A DNA stretch of 64,000 nt from a virus. Its lineage: Duplodnaviria > Caudoviricetes. The stretch's first letter is position 1. The number at the start of each line of letters is the position of its first letter. Position numbers and translations under genes: made by a program. Positions 30,827 to 41,647 of this stretch are shown piece by piece. The stretch is from the IMG/VR virus record IMGVR_UViG_3300028048_000045, positions 160,001-224,000 of that record, one strand, 5' to 3'. The notes under the pieces are model-generated. The model searched no databases. It was not told where the DNA came from and was given only the letters and a program-made list of their open reading frames with translations.

Positions 30827-32440
30827 CTAAATCAACATTTGTTTATAAACCTTAATTACATCTCTTACAATAGCAGATTCGTCAACAGGAATTTTTTCTC
30901 CATTGTGTTTTCCACCAAAATCATTATAAATGTAATCATTATGAATAAGGCTTACAATCATATCTTTGATAGGATTTCTTTCATCAGATGTACTTGTTTT
31001 AATTTCAAATACACTTCTGATATTTCGATATTTGATTTCGATCAATTGATTATAATCATAATCATTCTTAAGTTGTTTTAATACACTTACGGATGGAGCT
31101 CTAGTAAATGAATAACTTGCACGTGTTGCTGTTACGAAATGTGGAAGATATTCAATACCAAGATCTTTCATCTTATGAATTAATACGATTACCAATTTAA
31201 CAAACTGATCAAATGTACAAGATCTTACATTATCTACGCCAGAGAAGAATCTAGCAAATACAGTAGATACAATGTTTACTGTGAAATAATGTAACTGATA
31301 ATTCTTTTTATAGAATTCAAATTCTTCCTGAGAAATGTAAACATTATTTCTTCTACAGATACATTCAATAGCATCATCATTAGCATATCTGTTAAGAATA
31401 ACGATAGATTCATCAGTGTTGCGATAGAACATATCGAAAATATCATTTTCCGACAATTTATCTTCATCATCAGATGAATTATCACTATCATTAATTCTGT
31501 AACAATCGTAAGGATTGTTTGCACGAATCTGGAATTCCATAATACTCATACGAGCTACGACTGCAATAAGTTTAATAACAGATTTCTTAAGATCAGCTTT
31601 AGGAATGATCGTTGTTACAATTTTGATAACCAATTCGTCAACAATTGATTCACGAGTTTTATTAAACATAGGGAAACTATCCCAAATACGTTTATTAGAA
31701 GATTCTGTTCGAGAAACAATTCTATCACAATACTGATAGAGTTTATTCATCAAATTAGAACAATTTGTGCCAACAACAATGATCTTAAAGATAGCATCAA
31801 AAATAGTGTACATGAAATTGAATACATCAATATTGAGATCAGAGTTGATAAAGATATAATGTGTACATAATGGGATTGTAAATTTAGTCATGTAAGATGC
31901 TGTATAGATAAGTTTCAAATGTTCATTTGTAAATGTTGTAGCTTCAGCATAATTAGCAGATTCTTTTTCATCTACAGAAACTTCATAATGTTCTTCAACA
32001 TAAGCTTTAATAGCTTCAATGAAATCAACTGTAAATAGAGTCGAAATGAGGAAGTTGATAAAGTTTTCATATTTACCAAAGTCTCTGTGTGCCTCAGCAC
32101 CATACTGCTGTAGAGCATTTTCATCATCAACCTTAACAAATTTCTTAAGATCAATTGCTTTCTTAATAGTGAAATATGAATAAAGAATCCTCATTTTCAG
32201 TTGCGGATCACACTGATTAAGAATCATATTGTTATCATTACATATATCAGTGGCCATTGAAGAATAAACACGTTTCTTACCAATACCTGTAACAAACTTA
32301 TTGTAAACATTAAAATTCTCATTTGCAAAAATTTTATCAAATTCTACAACAATATTTTTATTTCTCTCTTCAAAAGGTTCCAACCTTGCTTTATTAACCT
32401 CATCTTCAGTTACATTAATTGTTTGCAAATACTTAGCCAT
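30827..32440 (-). CDS. probable non-virion RNAP promoter-specificity (sigma-like) subunit
   Basis: About 537 aa, helical, near RNAP and DNA polymerase genes; size and context fit phiKZ gp68/AR9 gp226-type subunits; no diagnostic motif seen. Confidence 0.45.
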   Translation of the reverse strand: MAKYLQTINVTEDEVNKARLEPFEERNKNIVVEFDKIFANENFNVYNKFVTGIGKKRVYSSMATDICNDNNMILNQCDPQLKMRILYSYFTIKKAIDLKKFVKVDDENALQQYGAEAHRDFGKYENFINFLISTLFTVDFIEAIKAYVEEHYEVSVDEKESANYAEATTFTNEHLKLIYTASYMTKFTIPLCTHYIFINSDLNIDVFNFMYTIFDAIFKIIVVGTNCSNLMNKLYQYCDRIVSRTESSNKRIWDSFPMFNKTRESIVDELVIKIVTTIIPKADLKKSVIKLIAVVARMSIMEFQIRANNPYDCYRINDSDNSSDDEDKLSENDIFDMFYRNTDESIVILNRYANDDAIECICRRNNVYISQEEFEFYKKNYQLHYFTVNIVSTVFARFFSGVDNVRSCTFDQFVKLVIVLIHKMKDLGIEYLPHFVTATRASYSFTRAPSVSVLKQLKNDYDYNQLIEIKYRNIRSVFEIKTSTSDERNPIKDMIVSLIHNDYIYNDFGGKHNGEKIPVDESAIVRDVIKVYKQMLI

Positions 32441-32536
32441 TATTTTTAATCCTCCAAAGAATATGTACACTTTCTTGTTAAGGAGAAAATATATAATTAA
32501 AAAAAAAGATAGGATCGATTGATCCTATCTTTAAGC

Positions 32537-32716
32537 TCAGCCAACTCTCATAGAAGTATAACTTCTTTTAAGCTGAGATTCTTTTGTTAATAATGAGAAT
32601 CGAATATCTCTATCAATTCTTACATTATTCTTGTGAAGATTATTAGACACAATCTCCTTGTCCTTATCATTCAGGGACTTCATAGCATCCCTGAAATTCT
32701 TCATTATATCGTCCAT
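32537..32716 (-). CDS. small hypothetical protein (59 aa)
   Basis: MDDIMKNFRDAMKSL...; AAGGAG RBS; own promoter cassette and terminator. Confidence 0.6.
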   Translation of the reverse strand: MDDIMKNFRDAMKSLNDKDKEIVSNNLHKNNVRIDRDIRFSLLTKESQLKRSYTSMRVG

Positions 32717-32871
32717 AATATTTCTCCTTGAATAAAGGAGAAATGTTTTTATTTATTCAACATTTTTAAATTCCTTTATTCATTATTATAATATATCAAC
32801 TAACATAGACCTTTTACAAAAAAGAAAGGAGATTAATCTCCCTTCTATATTTAATAAATGTATATTAACAA

Positions 32872-33012
32872 TTAAAATATACATTTATTTGTGACAGGGT
32901 CTATTCCTGTAATAGAAATAAATTCCTGTCTTGTCACTAATTTGGTCTTAGTGACTGGAAAACCATTGTAGTTTACACTATAATGGTATGTAAACAATTG
33001 TTTACCTTCCAT
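32872..33012 (-). CDS. small hypothetical protein
   Basis: Start MEGKQ after GGAGGTG RBS. Confidence 0.6.
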   Translation of the reverse strand: MEGKQLFTYHYSVNYNGFPVTKTKLVTRQEFISITGIDPVTNKCIF

Positions 33013-33151
33013 AGTTTTCACCTCCTTGGTAAAAGCTATATTTAGAGAGGGCGGTGACACGCCCTCTCTATCTTTTATCCATTATTATAATATATCAAGC
33101 ATCATAGACCTTTTACAAAAAATAGGATCATTATTGATCCTATTTTAAAAA

Positions 33152-33322
33152 CTAAGGCATTATTACACCATACTCATAAAAAGCATATTCTCTAAGAGAC
33201 TCATAGCCTTTAGATTTTATTTCATTATAAAGTTTTTCAGGAATTGGAGGGTTATCACTCTCGATTTCATGTTCCGCATAACTCGTATAACAAGTTTTCG
33301 GATTAATTTTTATTTCTTCCAT
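33152..33322 (-). CDS. small hypothetical protein
   Basis: Start MEEIK after GAGG RBS. Confidence 0.6.
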   Translation of the reverse strand: MEEIKINPKTCYTSYAEHEIESDNPPIPEKLYNEIKSKGYESLREYAFYEYGVIMP

Positions 33323-33384
33323 ATATACCTCTTCAAAAATATAATATATAAAAAAAGTGTGGATAAATATCCACACTTTTATAA

Positions 33385-35193
33385 TTAAGCACAAACTCGT
33401 TTTAATTGATTTTCAACATCGCTAAGAATATCTTCGATATTTGGTAAATCATATAGTTCATGGCAAAGATCGATAATACTAACATCTTTAGTTTGAAGAT
33501 ATTGATTATAATCCTGACCAGTCATTATGAAATTACCATATTGATCTGTAATATTAAGAATACGATATCTCTGATTTTCTCGACCGATTTGATGTTGACA
33601 CATTAGAGACGGATAAAGTGATTTAGCATCCCAGTCTACAACATTTCGGAATATTTTAGTTTTATGACCATTAATTTCTACTGGAGGAACTTCCAATAAT
33701 AATGGATCTTGTACTAAAGCACCATCGAATGATTCTTTAACACCATAATCAATAGTGTTACCCATAACTTGATTATTATCCAAGAATCTATTATAGAACG
33801 CATTCTTAATAATAATACTAACGTTTACACCATTCTTTGTATCTGTATTATCTGCAAGAGATAGATAAGTAATCAAATCATGGTTACGTTCTTCAAGTAA
33901 ATGAAGTAACGCAGTATCACGCATAGAATATTTCAAGAATATTTTGAAATCTTTAACGATAGCATTACGAATGTTATATCCAAAATCAGAAAGATCTACT
34001 TTATTAGCATGAATTTCTTTTTCAGCTATAGCATCCAATTTGTAGCTTCGTTCAATACTTCGTTTACGCAAATTACTATACAACGACATTTGGTCTATGT
34101 AAGTTGTATAGCCTGGAGCAACAATCCAATCCCACAATCTTGAGAAGTGTTTCTTATTTCCAGAATCTTCACCAACATTATAAACTTTCTCTTTTCTCTG
34201 AGGATCTTCATTGAATGAGAATTGTCTATACTGTTCTGGAATATCAGGATGACACCAAAGATTTGTAATATCCAAACCAAGAATCTTTTCACGGCCTAAC
34301 ATGTATTTATTATCATAATTACTGTTCCAAGCCATTGCAAAGTCTGGTTTATCCTGCTGAATCAATTGGTGGAATGCCTGTAACATAGTTCGTTCAGATT
34401 CAAAGAATTTAATATTGATTTTACAATCAGGAATCTTTTCAAAATCTTCACGAATATATTCATTAATGTATCCATCGATATCTTTCTGAACTTCTTGCTG
34501 AACTTCTCTAATTTCATCCAAGAATAAACAAAGTGCATAGAAATGATTCTGTTTATTATTGTAATATGTGATAATTGAAATTGGAGCTAATGGATTATTC
34601 TGATCTACCTGCTCTTTAAAACGATAGATAAAGGTTTCGATATCGTAATAACTTATATTAAGAACGCGAGGAAGTTTACTACCATGTTTTTTCATAAAAG
34701 CAGTTTTATAATAATCTTCAATAGCCAAATCTGCCTCATAGATAAGTGGACTCATGTAAACTTTATTATTCATAAATTTCTTAAAGTTCATTTTATCTAT
34801 TTTAGCCATTTCGGGATTTGTATGATATTTATTAGCTTCAGCTTTTAAACGTTTGTATTCATCGTAAATTCCAAGATATTTACAAATATCACCTTCACGT
34901 TTAGAATACTCTACTGTATGAGGTTCTACTAAATCTCTATCGATATACATCTGATTGTAAGGTTTACAATTTTGTTCATCGATGATTGTATAATATTCGA
35001 TAGTAGGTCTTTCGATTATTTGAATTTCTGATGTATTAGTTTCGTCATCTTTAACGATTTGTATTAAACAATCGTCGGAAACTTTTTCCATGTTAAAATC
35101 CGTATGCGGATTAATTTTATCAGCTCGTCGCCATCGAGCTTTCAAATACATAGAATTCAAAATGTATTTTCCCATAGTTGAATTTTCCTCCAT
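33385..35193 (-). CDS. split family B DNA polymerase, exonuclease plus motif A subunit
   Basis: ExoI YDIET, ExoII AWNSNYD, ExoIII YSMRD, motif A DWDAKSLYPS near the C-terminus; motifs B and C absent. Confidence 0.9.
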   Translation of the reverse strand: MEENSTMGKYILNSMYLKARWRRADKINPHTDFNMEKVSDDCLIQIVKDDETNTSEIQIIERPTIEYYTIIDEQNCKPYNQMYIDRDLVEPHTVEYSKREGDICKYLGIYDEYKRLKAEANKYHTNPEMAKIDKMNFKKFMNNKVYMSPLIYEADLAIEDYYKTAFMKKHGSKLPRVLNISYYDIETFIYRFKEQVDQNNPLAPISIITYYNNKQNHFYALCLFLDEIREVQQEVQKDIDGYINEYIREDFEKIPDCKINIKFFESERTMLQAFHQLIQQDKPDFAMAWNSNYDNKYMLGREKILGLDITNLWCHPDIPEQYRQFSFNEDPQRKEKVYNVGEDSGNKKHFSRLWDWIVAPGYTTYIDQMSLYSNLRKRSIERSYKLDAIAEKEIHANKVDLSDFGYNIRNAIVKDFKIFLKYSMRDTALLHLLEERNHDLITYLSLADNTDTKNGVNVSIIIKNAFYNRFLDNNQVMGNTIDYGVKESFDGALVQDPLLLEVPPVEINGHKTKIFRNVVDWDAKSLYPSLMCQHQIGRENQRYRILNITDQYGNFIMTGQDYNQYLQTKDVSIIDLCHELYDLPNIEDILSDVENQLKRVCA

Positions 35194-35234
35194 CTAATTA
35201 GTTTACATAAATTTATCACACTGTTAATTTAAAA

Positions 35235-35555
35235 TTAGATATTTTCTTTATTTTCAGAAGGTTTTTCTTCTCGAGCTTTAAGTATAATAAATTTATGACT
35301 ATCATCAGGAATTTCAATTATATTAACATCAAATATTTTTCCTTTGTAAATAACCGTATCACCAGTATTCAAATCGATACCATCAAAAAGTTGTTTGAAA
35401 ATTGATACATCGGTATGCTTAAAATCATAAACATAACACTTATCAATATATTTATCGAATTCTTCTTCAGATATAGGCAGTTTTATTGCACGTTTCTGAA
35501 TAATTGTATTTGGAATATAATTCAACACATTAACAAATACTTTTTCAATTTTCAT
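35235..35555 (-). CDS. hypothetical protein
   Basis: 106-aa ORF in operon. Confidence 0.65.
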   Translation of the reverse strand: MKIEKVFVNVLNYIPNTIIQKRAIKLPISEEEFDKYIDKCYVYDFKHTDVSIFKQLFDGIDLNTGDTVIYKGKIFDVNIIEIPDDSHKFIILKAREEKPSENKENI

Positions 35556-35556
35556 C

Positions 35557-36066
35557 TTAATTAATCTCCTTAAAGTTTATCATTTTATTAAATTTAGACA
35601 TCGGAATTATAATAGAGCATTTATCGCCACAATTATTTTTACAACAATCTTCTCGTTGTGGAGAGCAAGGACATTCTGGTCCTACACAATTTTGTGTTAA
35701 ACGCACTACGTTATCTGCACTATTAATATCGACGGTATATTTTTCACTAGCCATCGGATTTGTAATAAAGTTCAATACCATTTCTATGAAATTTTGATCA
35801 TCAATCATTTTCATAACTTCTTCCATAGAAATTTCTTTAGAATCAGGTTCAGTATTAACTCCGAGATAATAAAACCAATTAAAAATATCAATAAAAGACA
35901 TTTTACCAAATATTTCCTGATGATTATAGAAATAATCTACAGCCCGAAGAAACTTATTATCAACTCGTCTGTCACCATCATCAAAGTCAATATTCTTATC
36001 AGTTAAAACTTTATTAAGTTCATTAATTTCGTCTTCAGTAAGACGATCGCTAATTAAATTTTTCAT
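35557..36066 (-). CDS. hypothetical protein with Cys-rich C-terminus
   Basis: CVGPECPC...CCKNNCGDKC. Confidence 0.65.
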   Translation of the reverse strand: MKNLISDRLTEDEINELNKVLTDKNIDFDDGDRRVDNKFLRAVDYFYNHQEIFGKMSFIDIFNWFYYLGVNTEPDSKEISMEEVMKMIDDQNFIEMVLNFITNPMASEKYTVDINSADNVVRLTQNCVGPECPCSPQREDCCKNNCGDKCSIIIPMSKFNKMINFKEIN

Positions 36067-36270
36067 TTAATTACTCCTTTGTATCATTTCAATATTTCTA
36101 TTAAGATTTTCAATTGTTGGACGTTTAACATTAAACGCTTCAGATAACAATTTTCCATAATATGCTGGATCCAACATCAATAACATTGCACCCCAGTAAT
36201 TTCCAAATTCTTGTTTAAATCTATTAAAATCTTCTTCAGATTTAAACTCAAATTTTTCAAAAAGTTCCAT
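36067..36270 (-). CDS. hypothetical protein
   Basis: 67 aa, AAGGAG RBS. Confidence 0.6.
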   Translation of the reverse strand: MELFEKFEFKSEEDFNRFKQEFGNYWGAMLLMLDPAYYGKLLSEAFNVKRPTIENLNRNIEMIQRSN

Positions 36271-36288
36271 CTTAAATTTCTCCTTTTA

Positions 36289-37185
36289 TTATATTTCGTA
36301 ATATTTGTATTTAAAATATGTATGGATTCCACCAGTTAGTTCTACATCGAAATTCAATGTTACGATATTTCGTTCATCATAGCTTTTTGATATAAAACCA
36401 GAAACAATTTTCTTTTGCATGAAATCGTTATGATAGATTAAGAACGGATGATTATTAAATCCATTTAATCTTATTCCACTCATATATTTATTTCTTTCAA
36501 ACACTTCTTCCCAAGTTTTAGGTTCCAAAGTCAAATAAGAAACATTTGAATCTAAATACAAATTGAAAAGGATATCAGTTACAGCATTTTCTCTTTCCAA
36601 TGGAAGAACTTTAAGATTAAATATCTTATCAAGTCTTTCAGAATTTGCTATAAACAATGTATGTTTATATCTATCAAGCGGATTAAATTTAATATTTATT
36701 CCAAATAAATATTGATTTATTCTTCTAGGTGTAGGAAGATTCATAACTTCAAACCCTAAAATAACTTCTTCTTTAATAGCTTGTAACATAAGTTTTGGAA
36801 AAATATACCAAGAATCCAAACATACATCATAAGTTTTAGTTAAGAATGATTTTATAATATCATCGTGACTCATAAGAGATTTAATTCCTAACAAATCACA
36901 AGATGATACTACTATTGGTATAGAAACACGTTCATCATTATCTACAAATAATTTCTGATCTTCTTCACTAATATAAAATTCATCAAATGTTACAGTGCTA
37001 AAAATTTTATAATAATCAAAATTGTCACCATTTTTCGGATTATGAGAAAGAATGAATTCATAAGTACCATTTATTCTTATCATTTGTAATAAACATGGTG
37101 AATTTAAATTATATTTACTTATTACTGTACAGACTTTTTTAAGTTTTTCTATAAGTTTCTTTGTATCTTTTAAAGGTTCATACAT
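36289..37185 (-). CDS. hypothetical protein
   Basis: 298 aa, GGAGG RBS. Confidence 0.7.
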   Translation of the reverse strand: MYEPLKDTKKLIEKLKKVCTVISKYNLNSPCLLQMIRINGTYEFILSHNPKNGDNFDYYKIFSTVTFDEFYISEEDQKLFVDNDERVSIPIVVSSCDLLGIKSLMSHDDIIKSFLTKTYDVCLDSWYIFPKLMLQAIKEEVILGFEVMNLPTPRRINQYLFGINIKFNPLDRYKHTLFIANSERLDKIFNLKVLPLERENAVTDILFNLYLDSNVSYLTLEPKTWEEVFERNKYMSGIRLNGFNNHPFLIYHNDFMQKKIVSGFISKSYDERNIVTLNFDVELTGGIHTYFKYKYYEI

Positions 37186-37211
37186 TTTAAAAACCTCCTA
37201 CAATTATTTTA

Positions 37212-37472
37212 TTAAATATCTTCTTCCATTAATAATATTAATTTTTTGAAAATTTTATCATATAATTTTAATAATTTAAATTTTAGTTTAAATATTTGTT
37301 TACGTTTTTTAACAATCAATTTCCATTTATACTCATCAACATTATCGTTATCATCATACCAAAATAATACATCTTTAAAAAGATGATCGATTTTATATCT
37401 TTCAGTTTCTATACATTTTTGCAATTTAGAAGTACTTTCAGATTTACTAATAGTTTCGCCACCATCTAACAT
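37212..37472 (-). CDS. hypothetical protein
   Basis: 86 aa, GAGG RBS. Confidence 0.55.
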   Translation of the reverse strand: MLDGGETISKSESTSKLQKCIETERYKIDHLFKDVLFWYDDNDNVDEYKWKLIVKKRKQIFKLKFKLLKLYDKIFKKLILLMEEDI

Positions 37473-37591
37473 TTTTTAAACCTCTTAATTATAAATTATC
37501 CATCTTATATTAACCATGTTTTCATTTCATTAAACAAATATATAAATAAAATCTCTGTAGCCCGAAGGCTACAGACAAAATTATTATAAAA

Positions 37592-37909
37592 TTATTGATC
37601 TAGATCATTTCGGACAACATTTGCTGTTATCTCAATACGATATTCTTTTTCAGGTTTTTTATAAGATTCTAAATCGGGAACATAAGGTAAAGGATCGTCA
37701 ATATTCTTTGTAGGAGATAATACTAATTTATCATCAAGACGCTTAATAGATAATTCAGAAATTTGAAAATTTTCATTATCTGGATTTCCTAAAACACGAT
37801 TGGCTAAATCATCGATATGTTTACCGATTTCTTTTTTAATATTTTCTACACTATTAACGTTTGTTTTAAATTCTCTAACAACACGATACCTATTTACTAT
37901 TTGTTTCAT
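37592..37909 (-). CDS. hypothetical protein
   Basis: Start MKQIV after AAGGAG RBS. Confidence 0.6.
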   Translation of the reverse strand: MKQIVNRYRVVREFKTNVNSVENIKKEIGKHIDDLANRVLGNPDNENFQISELSIKRLDDKLVLSPTKNIDDPLPYVPDLESYKKPEKEYRIEITANVVRNDLDQ

Positions 37910-38111
37910 ATAAAACTCCTTTAGCTTTATTACAAGCTTCACATAAATAATATTTATTAAACCTTCCGGTTTCAAATACAAGTTCACCAGATTCAATGTT
38001 TCGTTTACAATTAATACATTTAATGTTTTTATTTTCTAAAATAATTACATTCGCACCATATTTTGCTTTTCCAAATAACTTTTTCTTACTGGGAAGTATT
38101 TTCAATAACAT
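37890..38111 (-). CDS. small Zn-finger protein
   Basis: CINC...CEAC; GGAGG RBS. Confidence 0.6.
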   Translation of the reverse strand: MLLKILPSKKKLFGKAKYGANVIILENKNIKCINCKRNIESGELVFETGRFNKYYLCEACNKAKGVLYETNSK

Positions 38112-38194
38112 AATTTAATAACCCTCCAATAGTATATATTACTATGTGTAATTTAATATAATTATATATTCATTTGGTGTTACATGGAGAAAAT

Positions 38195-39172
38195 ATGAGC
38201 AATGAATTAATAAGTATTATGTTTAATTCACAAAAAATAAAATATTCCGAATTAGACTTATATTTTAAACGAACTGATATTGAAAAAACTATTTACTTTT
38301 GTTTAGATTTTGATTATATTATGGGTAAATATCTTTATGCTATAGATTATGATAAAGATGTTAAATTTACAGAGCAAAATATTAATGAATTTATAACAGA
38401 ATTCTTAAATCTAATAGCACATTATAAAAGATATTTTTATAACAATCTCGATGCTATGAGTTTCTTTTATATAGGAATCAATGTCAATAAATATAAATCA
38501 GATGAAAATATTACAACTTTAATTAAAAAATTAATTCCTTTAATAACAATGATTCCAAGAATTTATATTTATTATTATGATAACTTTAATCAAGGTTTCT
38601 TCATGAAATACAATCTAATACGAACTATTTGTATTAGTCGTTCCGATTCAAATAAAGAAATATTATTCTTCGATTTATGTAAATTCAATATGAATGAATT
38701 AATTTACAAATTAACAAAAAACTATTATTTCTTTGTAAATAATGATGGTATACATCTATATGGATTTAATAATTTTAGAGAAGAAAATTTATCAGATGTC
38801 GAACCATTATACGTTAATACTGTAATTAATTTATTAACTATATATGAAACTTTAAACGAATTACAATTAACTAATAAATTTAAAGTCGATAATATAATCA
38901 TGGATTTTATAAAGAAACACAGAACTGAAGATTTTAATGATATAAAAACCAAATTATTAATAATTAAAAAATTCACAAAAATGAAAAAGATTGAAAATCG
39001 ATTAAAGAAACTAGAAGGTGATTTAAATTCACTAATTTATAAAAACATGATAGAAGTAACTATGAGAAACTGGCGGCATGTTATAAAAGATAATAGTATT
39101 TATAAAGTGAATGAGATATTAAACGTTCCAAAAAATAAACGAATTAATATAGAACTTCTTATGAATTATTAA
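38195..39172 (+). CDS. hypothetical protein, possibly a degenerate PIN/5'-nuclease fold
   Basis: IYFCLDFD and NLIAHYKRYF resemble the N-terminus of FEN/T4 RNase H-like proteins; other catalytic acids not evident. Confidence 0.4.
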   Translation: MSNELISIMFNSQKIKYSELDLYFKRTDIEKTIYFCLDFDYIMGKYLYAIDYDKDVKFTEQNINEFITEFLNLIAHYKRYFYNNLDAMSFFYIGINVNKYKSDENITTLIKKLIPLITMIPRIYIYYYDNFNQGFFMKYNLIRTICISRSDSNKEILFFDLCKFNMNELIYKLTKNYYFFVNNDGIHLYGFNNFREENLSDVEPLYVNTVINLLTIYETLNELQLTNKFKVDNIIMDFIKKHRTEDFNDIKTKLLIIKKFTKMKKIENRLKKLEGDLNSLIYKNMIEVTMRNWRHVIKDNSIYKVNEILNVPKNKRINIELLMNY

Positions 39173-39215
39173 AAAAATAGATGGGATCAAATCCCATCTA
39201 TTAATATTTATTTTT

Positions 39216-40715
39216 TTAAAATGCTGAGTATAAGTTTGCAAGTCGTTCGGATATCTTATAAATATTTTCACTATGCGAAACAATGTTTTGTGTATCAACG
39301 GAAGAAATTTCTTTAAGAGGTATTGCTATATCTATTCCGTCTTCATCGCTTTTTGGTAGATAATTTCGACAATAAACACACTGACCACAGAAACAAAAAC
39401 GTATAACTAAATAAGCACGATCACCACGATATTGTAAATTAATATTTCTAATCGTTATTTCTTGACATGTTGGAATGAAATATTCTTTAAATCTATCATT
39501 TTCTGACAACTGAGAATTTAAAGAATTTATTATTTCCGTTTTAGTAAGTTTAATATAAGGGAATGTTAATGGTGGTAAAGATTTTACAGAATCATTACAA
39601 CAATTACAATTAAATTTTAATACATCATTATAAAGTCTTTTCATTTCAGGAATAAAAGATACTCCTATATCACCACCTATTAAACACATCTCAATTCTTG
39701 TACATCGTTTATAAAATTCTTTACCAAGTAATGCTAATGAAACGATATTATAAGGCTGTTGATTTAAACCCATATAATCATAATCGAAATGAAATGATGT
39801 ATATGATATAAATCTTGGTCTATATAATTTACCCTTAAAAGATCCATTTTTAAAGATATGATACAAATTATAAGTAATTGCTATATCCCTAATTAACAAA
39901 TCAGTTGCATTGTGACTATTGAATGTGTTTACAAGTGGTAATACATTATAACCTTTATTCAATAATTCTAACACTCGACATGTAGAATCTTTACCACCAC
40001 TATATAAAACGGCTATGAATTTATCATTATTATCCATATAGTCTTTAAATGAAAACACCATTTCTCTAAATTTAGGTTTCATTTCACTGTAAATCAATTT
40101 TATAAGATCTTCATCAAGAGTACTATAATTCACACCATAAGAATCGAAACTAAGACTAGTTTTACCTAATTTAAATTGTTGTTGTTTTTCTTTAATTTCT
40201 TCTTTTTCAATATACTTATCTTCTTCATCAGTAGAAATTACATTATGACGATTTTTAAGTCGTCCAATTAAAGTTTCACGTCTAACAGCACTAGATACAT
40301 CTAAATTGAAATCGTCACTTAATGTGTAATATTTCGTACATATAGAATGTATATCTATATCGTTAATAGTATCTTTTTTACCTTCTTGTTTTACAACATT
40401 TATAACAAATGCTAAACGTTGTTGACCTGTTTTCCTATTATCTATTAGAACAAGTTTTGGACGATAACAACAACTCTTATGTTTTAAATCTTCTTGTTTA
40501 TCAGAAAATTCTTTTACAAATACAGATTCATCAGTTACAAATCTATAAGAGTTATTTATTTTATTACATTTTTTAAGTAAACCTCTTTCATCTAAATCTT
40601 TATCACTAGCTTTTCGTTCATCACATAATTCAATTGGATCCTCGATCTGATCCATCTTTCTAGACATACTATCTTTTTTATCAATAGCTGCATCTACACA
40701 CATTTCTTCTGACAT
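39216..40715 (-). CDS. QueC-like PP-loop ATPase with long N-terminal extension
   Basis: AVLYSGGKDST PP-loop, FPYIKLTK, and C-terminal TC...CFCGQCVYC Zn site. Confidence 0.7.
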   Translation of the reverse strand: MSEEMCVDAAIDKKDSMSRKMDQIEDPIELCDERKASDKDLDERGLLKKCNKINNSYRFVTDESVFVKEFSDKQEDLKHKSCCYRPKLVLIDNRKTGQQRLAFVINVVKQEGKKDTINDIDIHSICTKYYTLSDDFNLDVSSAVRRETLIGRLKNRHNVISTDEEDKYIEKEEIKEKQQQFKLGKTSLSFDSYGVNYSTLDEDLIKLIYSEMKPKFREMVFSFKDYMDNNDKFIAVLYSGGKDSTCRVLELLNKGYNVLPLVNTFNSHNATDLLIRDIAITYNLYHIFKNGSFKGKLYRPRFISYTSFHFDYDYMGLNQQPYNIVSLALLGKEFYKRCTRIEMCLIGGDIGVSFIPEMKRLYNDVLKFNCNCCNDSVKSLPPLTFPYIKLTKTEIINSLNSQLSENDRFKEYFIPTCQEITIRNINLQYRGDRAYLVIRFCFCGQCVYCRNYLPKSDEDGIDIAIPLKEISSVDTQNIVSHSENIYKISERLANLYSAF

Positions 40716-40813
40716 TATTATTACTCCTTATATTATTTATTATACACTTAATATATAAATAAAAAAAGAAAGGAGATTTATTCTCCTTTCTTTCATAGAA
40801 CAAACAACAATAG

Positions 40814-41497
40814 TTATTTCAAATCTTTAACAGCTTTGTCAAACTTTTTTGTTAATTCTTTGGTTGTTTCGTTGTAAGAATTGTATTTATCATACACTTC
40901 TTTATCCAACTCACGTCTTCGCTCATTTGTAAAACTTAATGAAAACTTTGATTTAACAAATGAACCAAGATCATTTATACCAAGTGATGTAAAGTGATCT
41001 TCAAAATACTTATAGCATACTTCATTAAATTTAATTGCAATTTGAGAAATCACACTATCAGATTCATCAATTCCGGACTTATTAACATTGTGTAAATCCG
41101 CAAGCTGATAAGATGGTACAAATATTCTTACAAAATGTCTATACTCATGATTAAAGAATGATAACAGATCTTCATCTGTTATGTCTGATTCTAAGTTTAG
41201 AGCTGGATCATAATAAGAATCATGTGCTCTTAGTGAGTGTACATTGAGTGTTTTACCATCCAATACATCGATATAAAATCCAACATAATGAATACCACCA
41301 ACACACCAATCTAATAATAAAGATTGGTTACTTGTTTCTTTTAAGTAAGAAACAATTTGATCTTCATTGTCTTTGAAAGTTAATAATATAACTTTCTTAA
41401 GATAATGAAGAAATGCTTTGTATTTTTCAATAAGTAGTTGTTTCTGTTCGAAAGCATATTTTTTCTCACATTCAACCATCTCATTATACTTTAACAT
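40814..41497 (-). CDS. hypothetical early protein
   Basis: 227 aa, preceded by a conserved promoter-leader cassette. Confidence 0.7.
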   Translation of the reverse strand: MLKYNEMVECEKKYAFEQKQLLIEKYKAFLHYLKKVILLTFKDNEDQIVSYLKETSNQSLLLDWCVGGIHYVGFYIDVLDGKTLNVHSLRAHDSYYDPALNLESDITDEDLLSFFNHEYRHFVRIFVPSYQLADLHNVNKSGIDESDSVISQIAIKFNEVCYKYFEDHFTSLGINDLGSFVKSKFSLSFTNERRRELDKEVYDKYNSYNETTKELTKKFDKAVKDLK

Positions 41498-41514
41498 ATT
41501 TTACCCCTAGTTTG

Positions 41515-41590
41515 TTTATAGATAGTATTCTTTCTATCTTTAATAATATTTAAGAATTCATACAAATTCTATTCATTATTATAATATATA
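41515..41590 (-). promoter_or_regulatory. promoter plus two-hairpin leader cassette, copy 1
   Basis: 76 nt matching 53771-53846 with 2 mismatches; contains TATATTATAATAATG and two hairpins. Confidence 0.75.
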
Positions 41591-41647
41591 AGAAAAATTA
41601 TTTTTTTTTTGTAAAAAAAAGAAAAGGGGTTAAAACCCCAATTCTTT

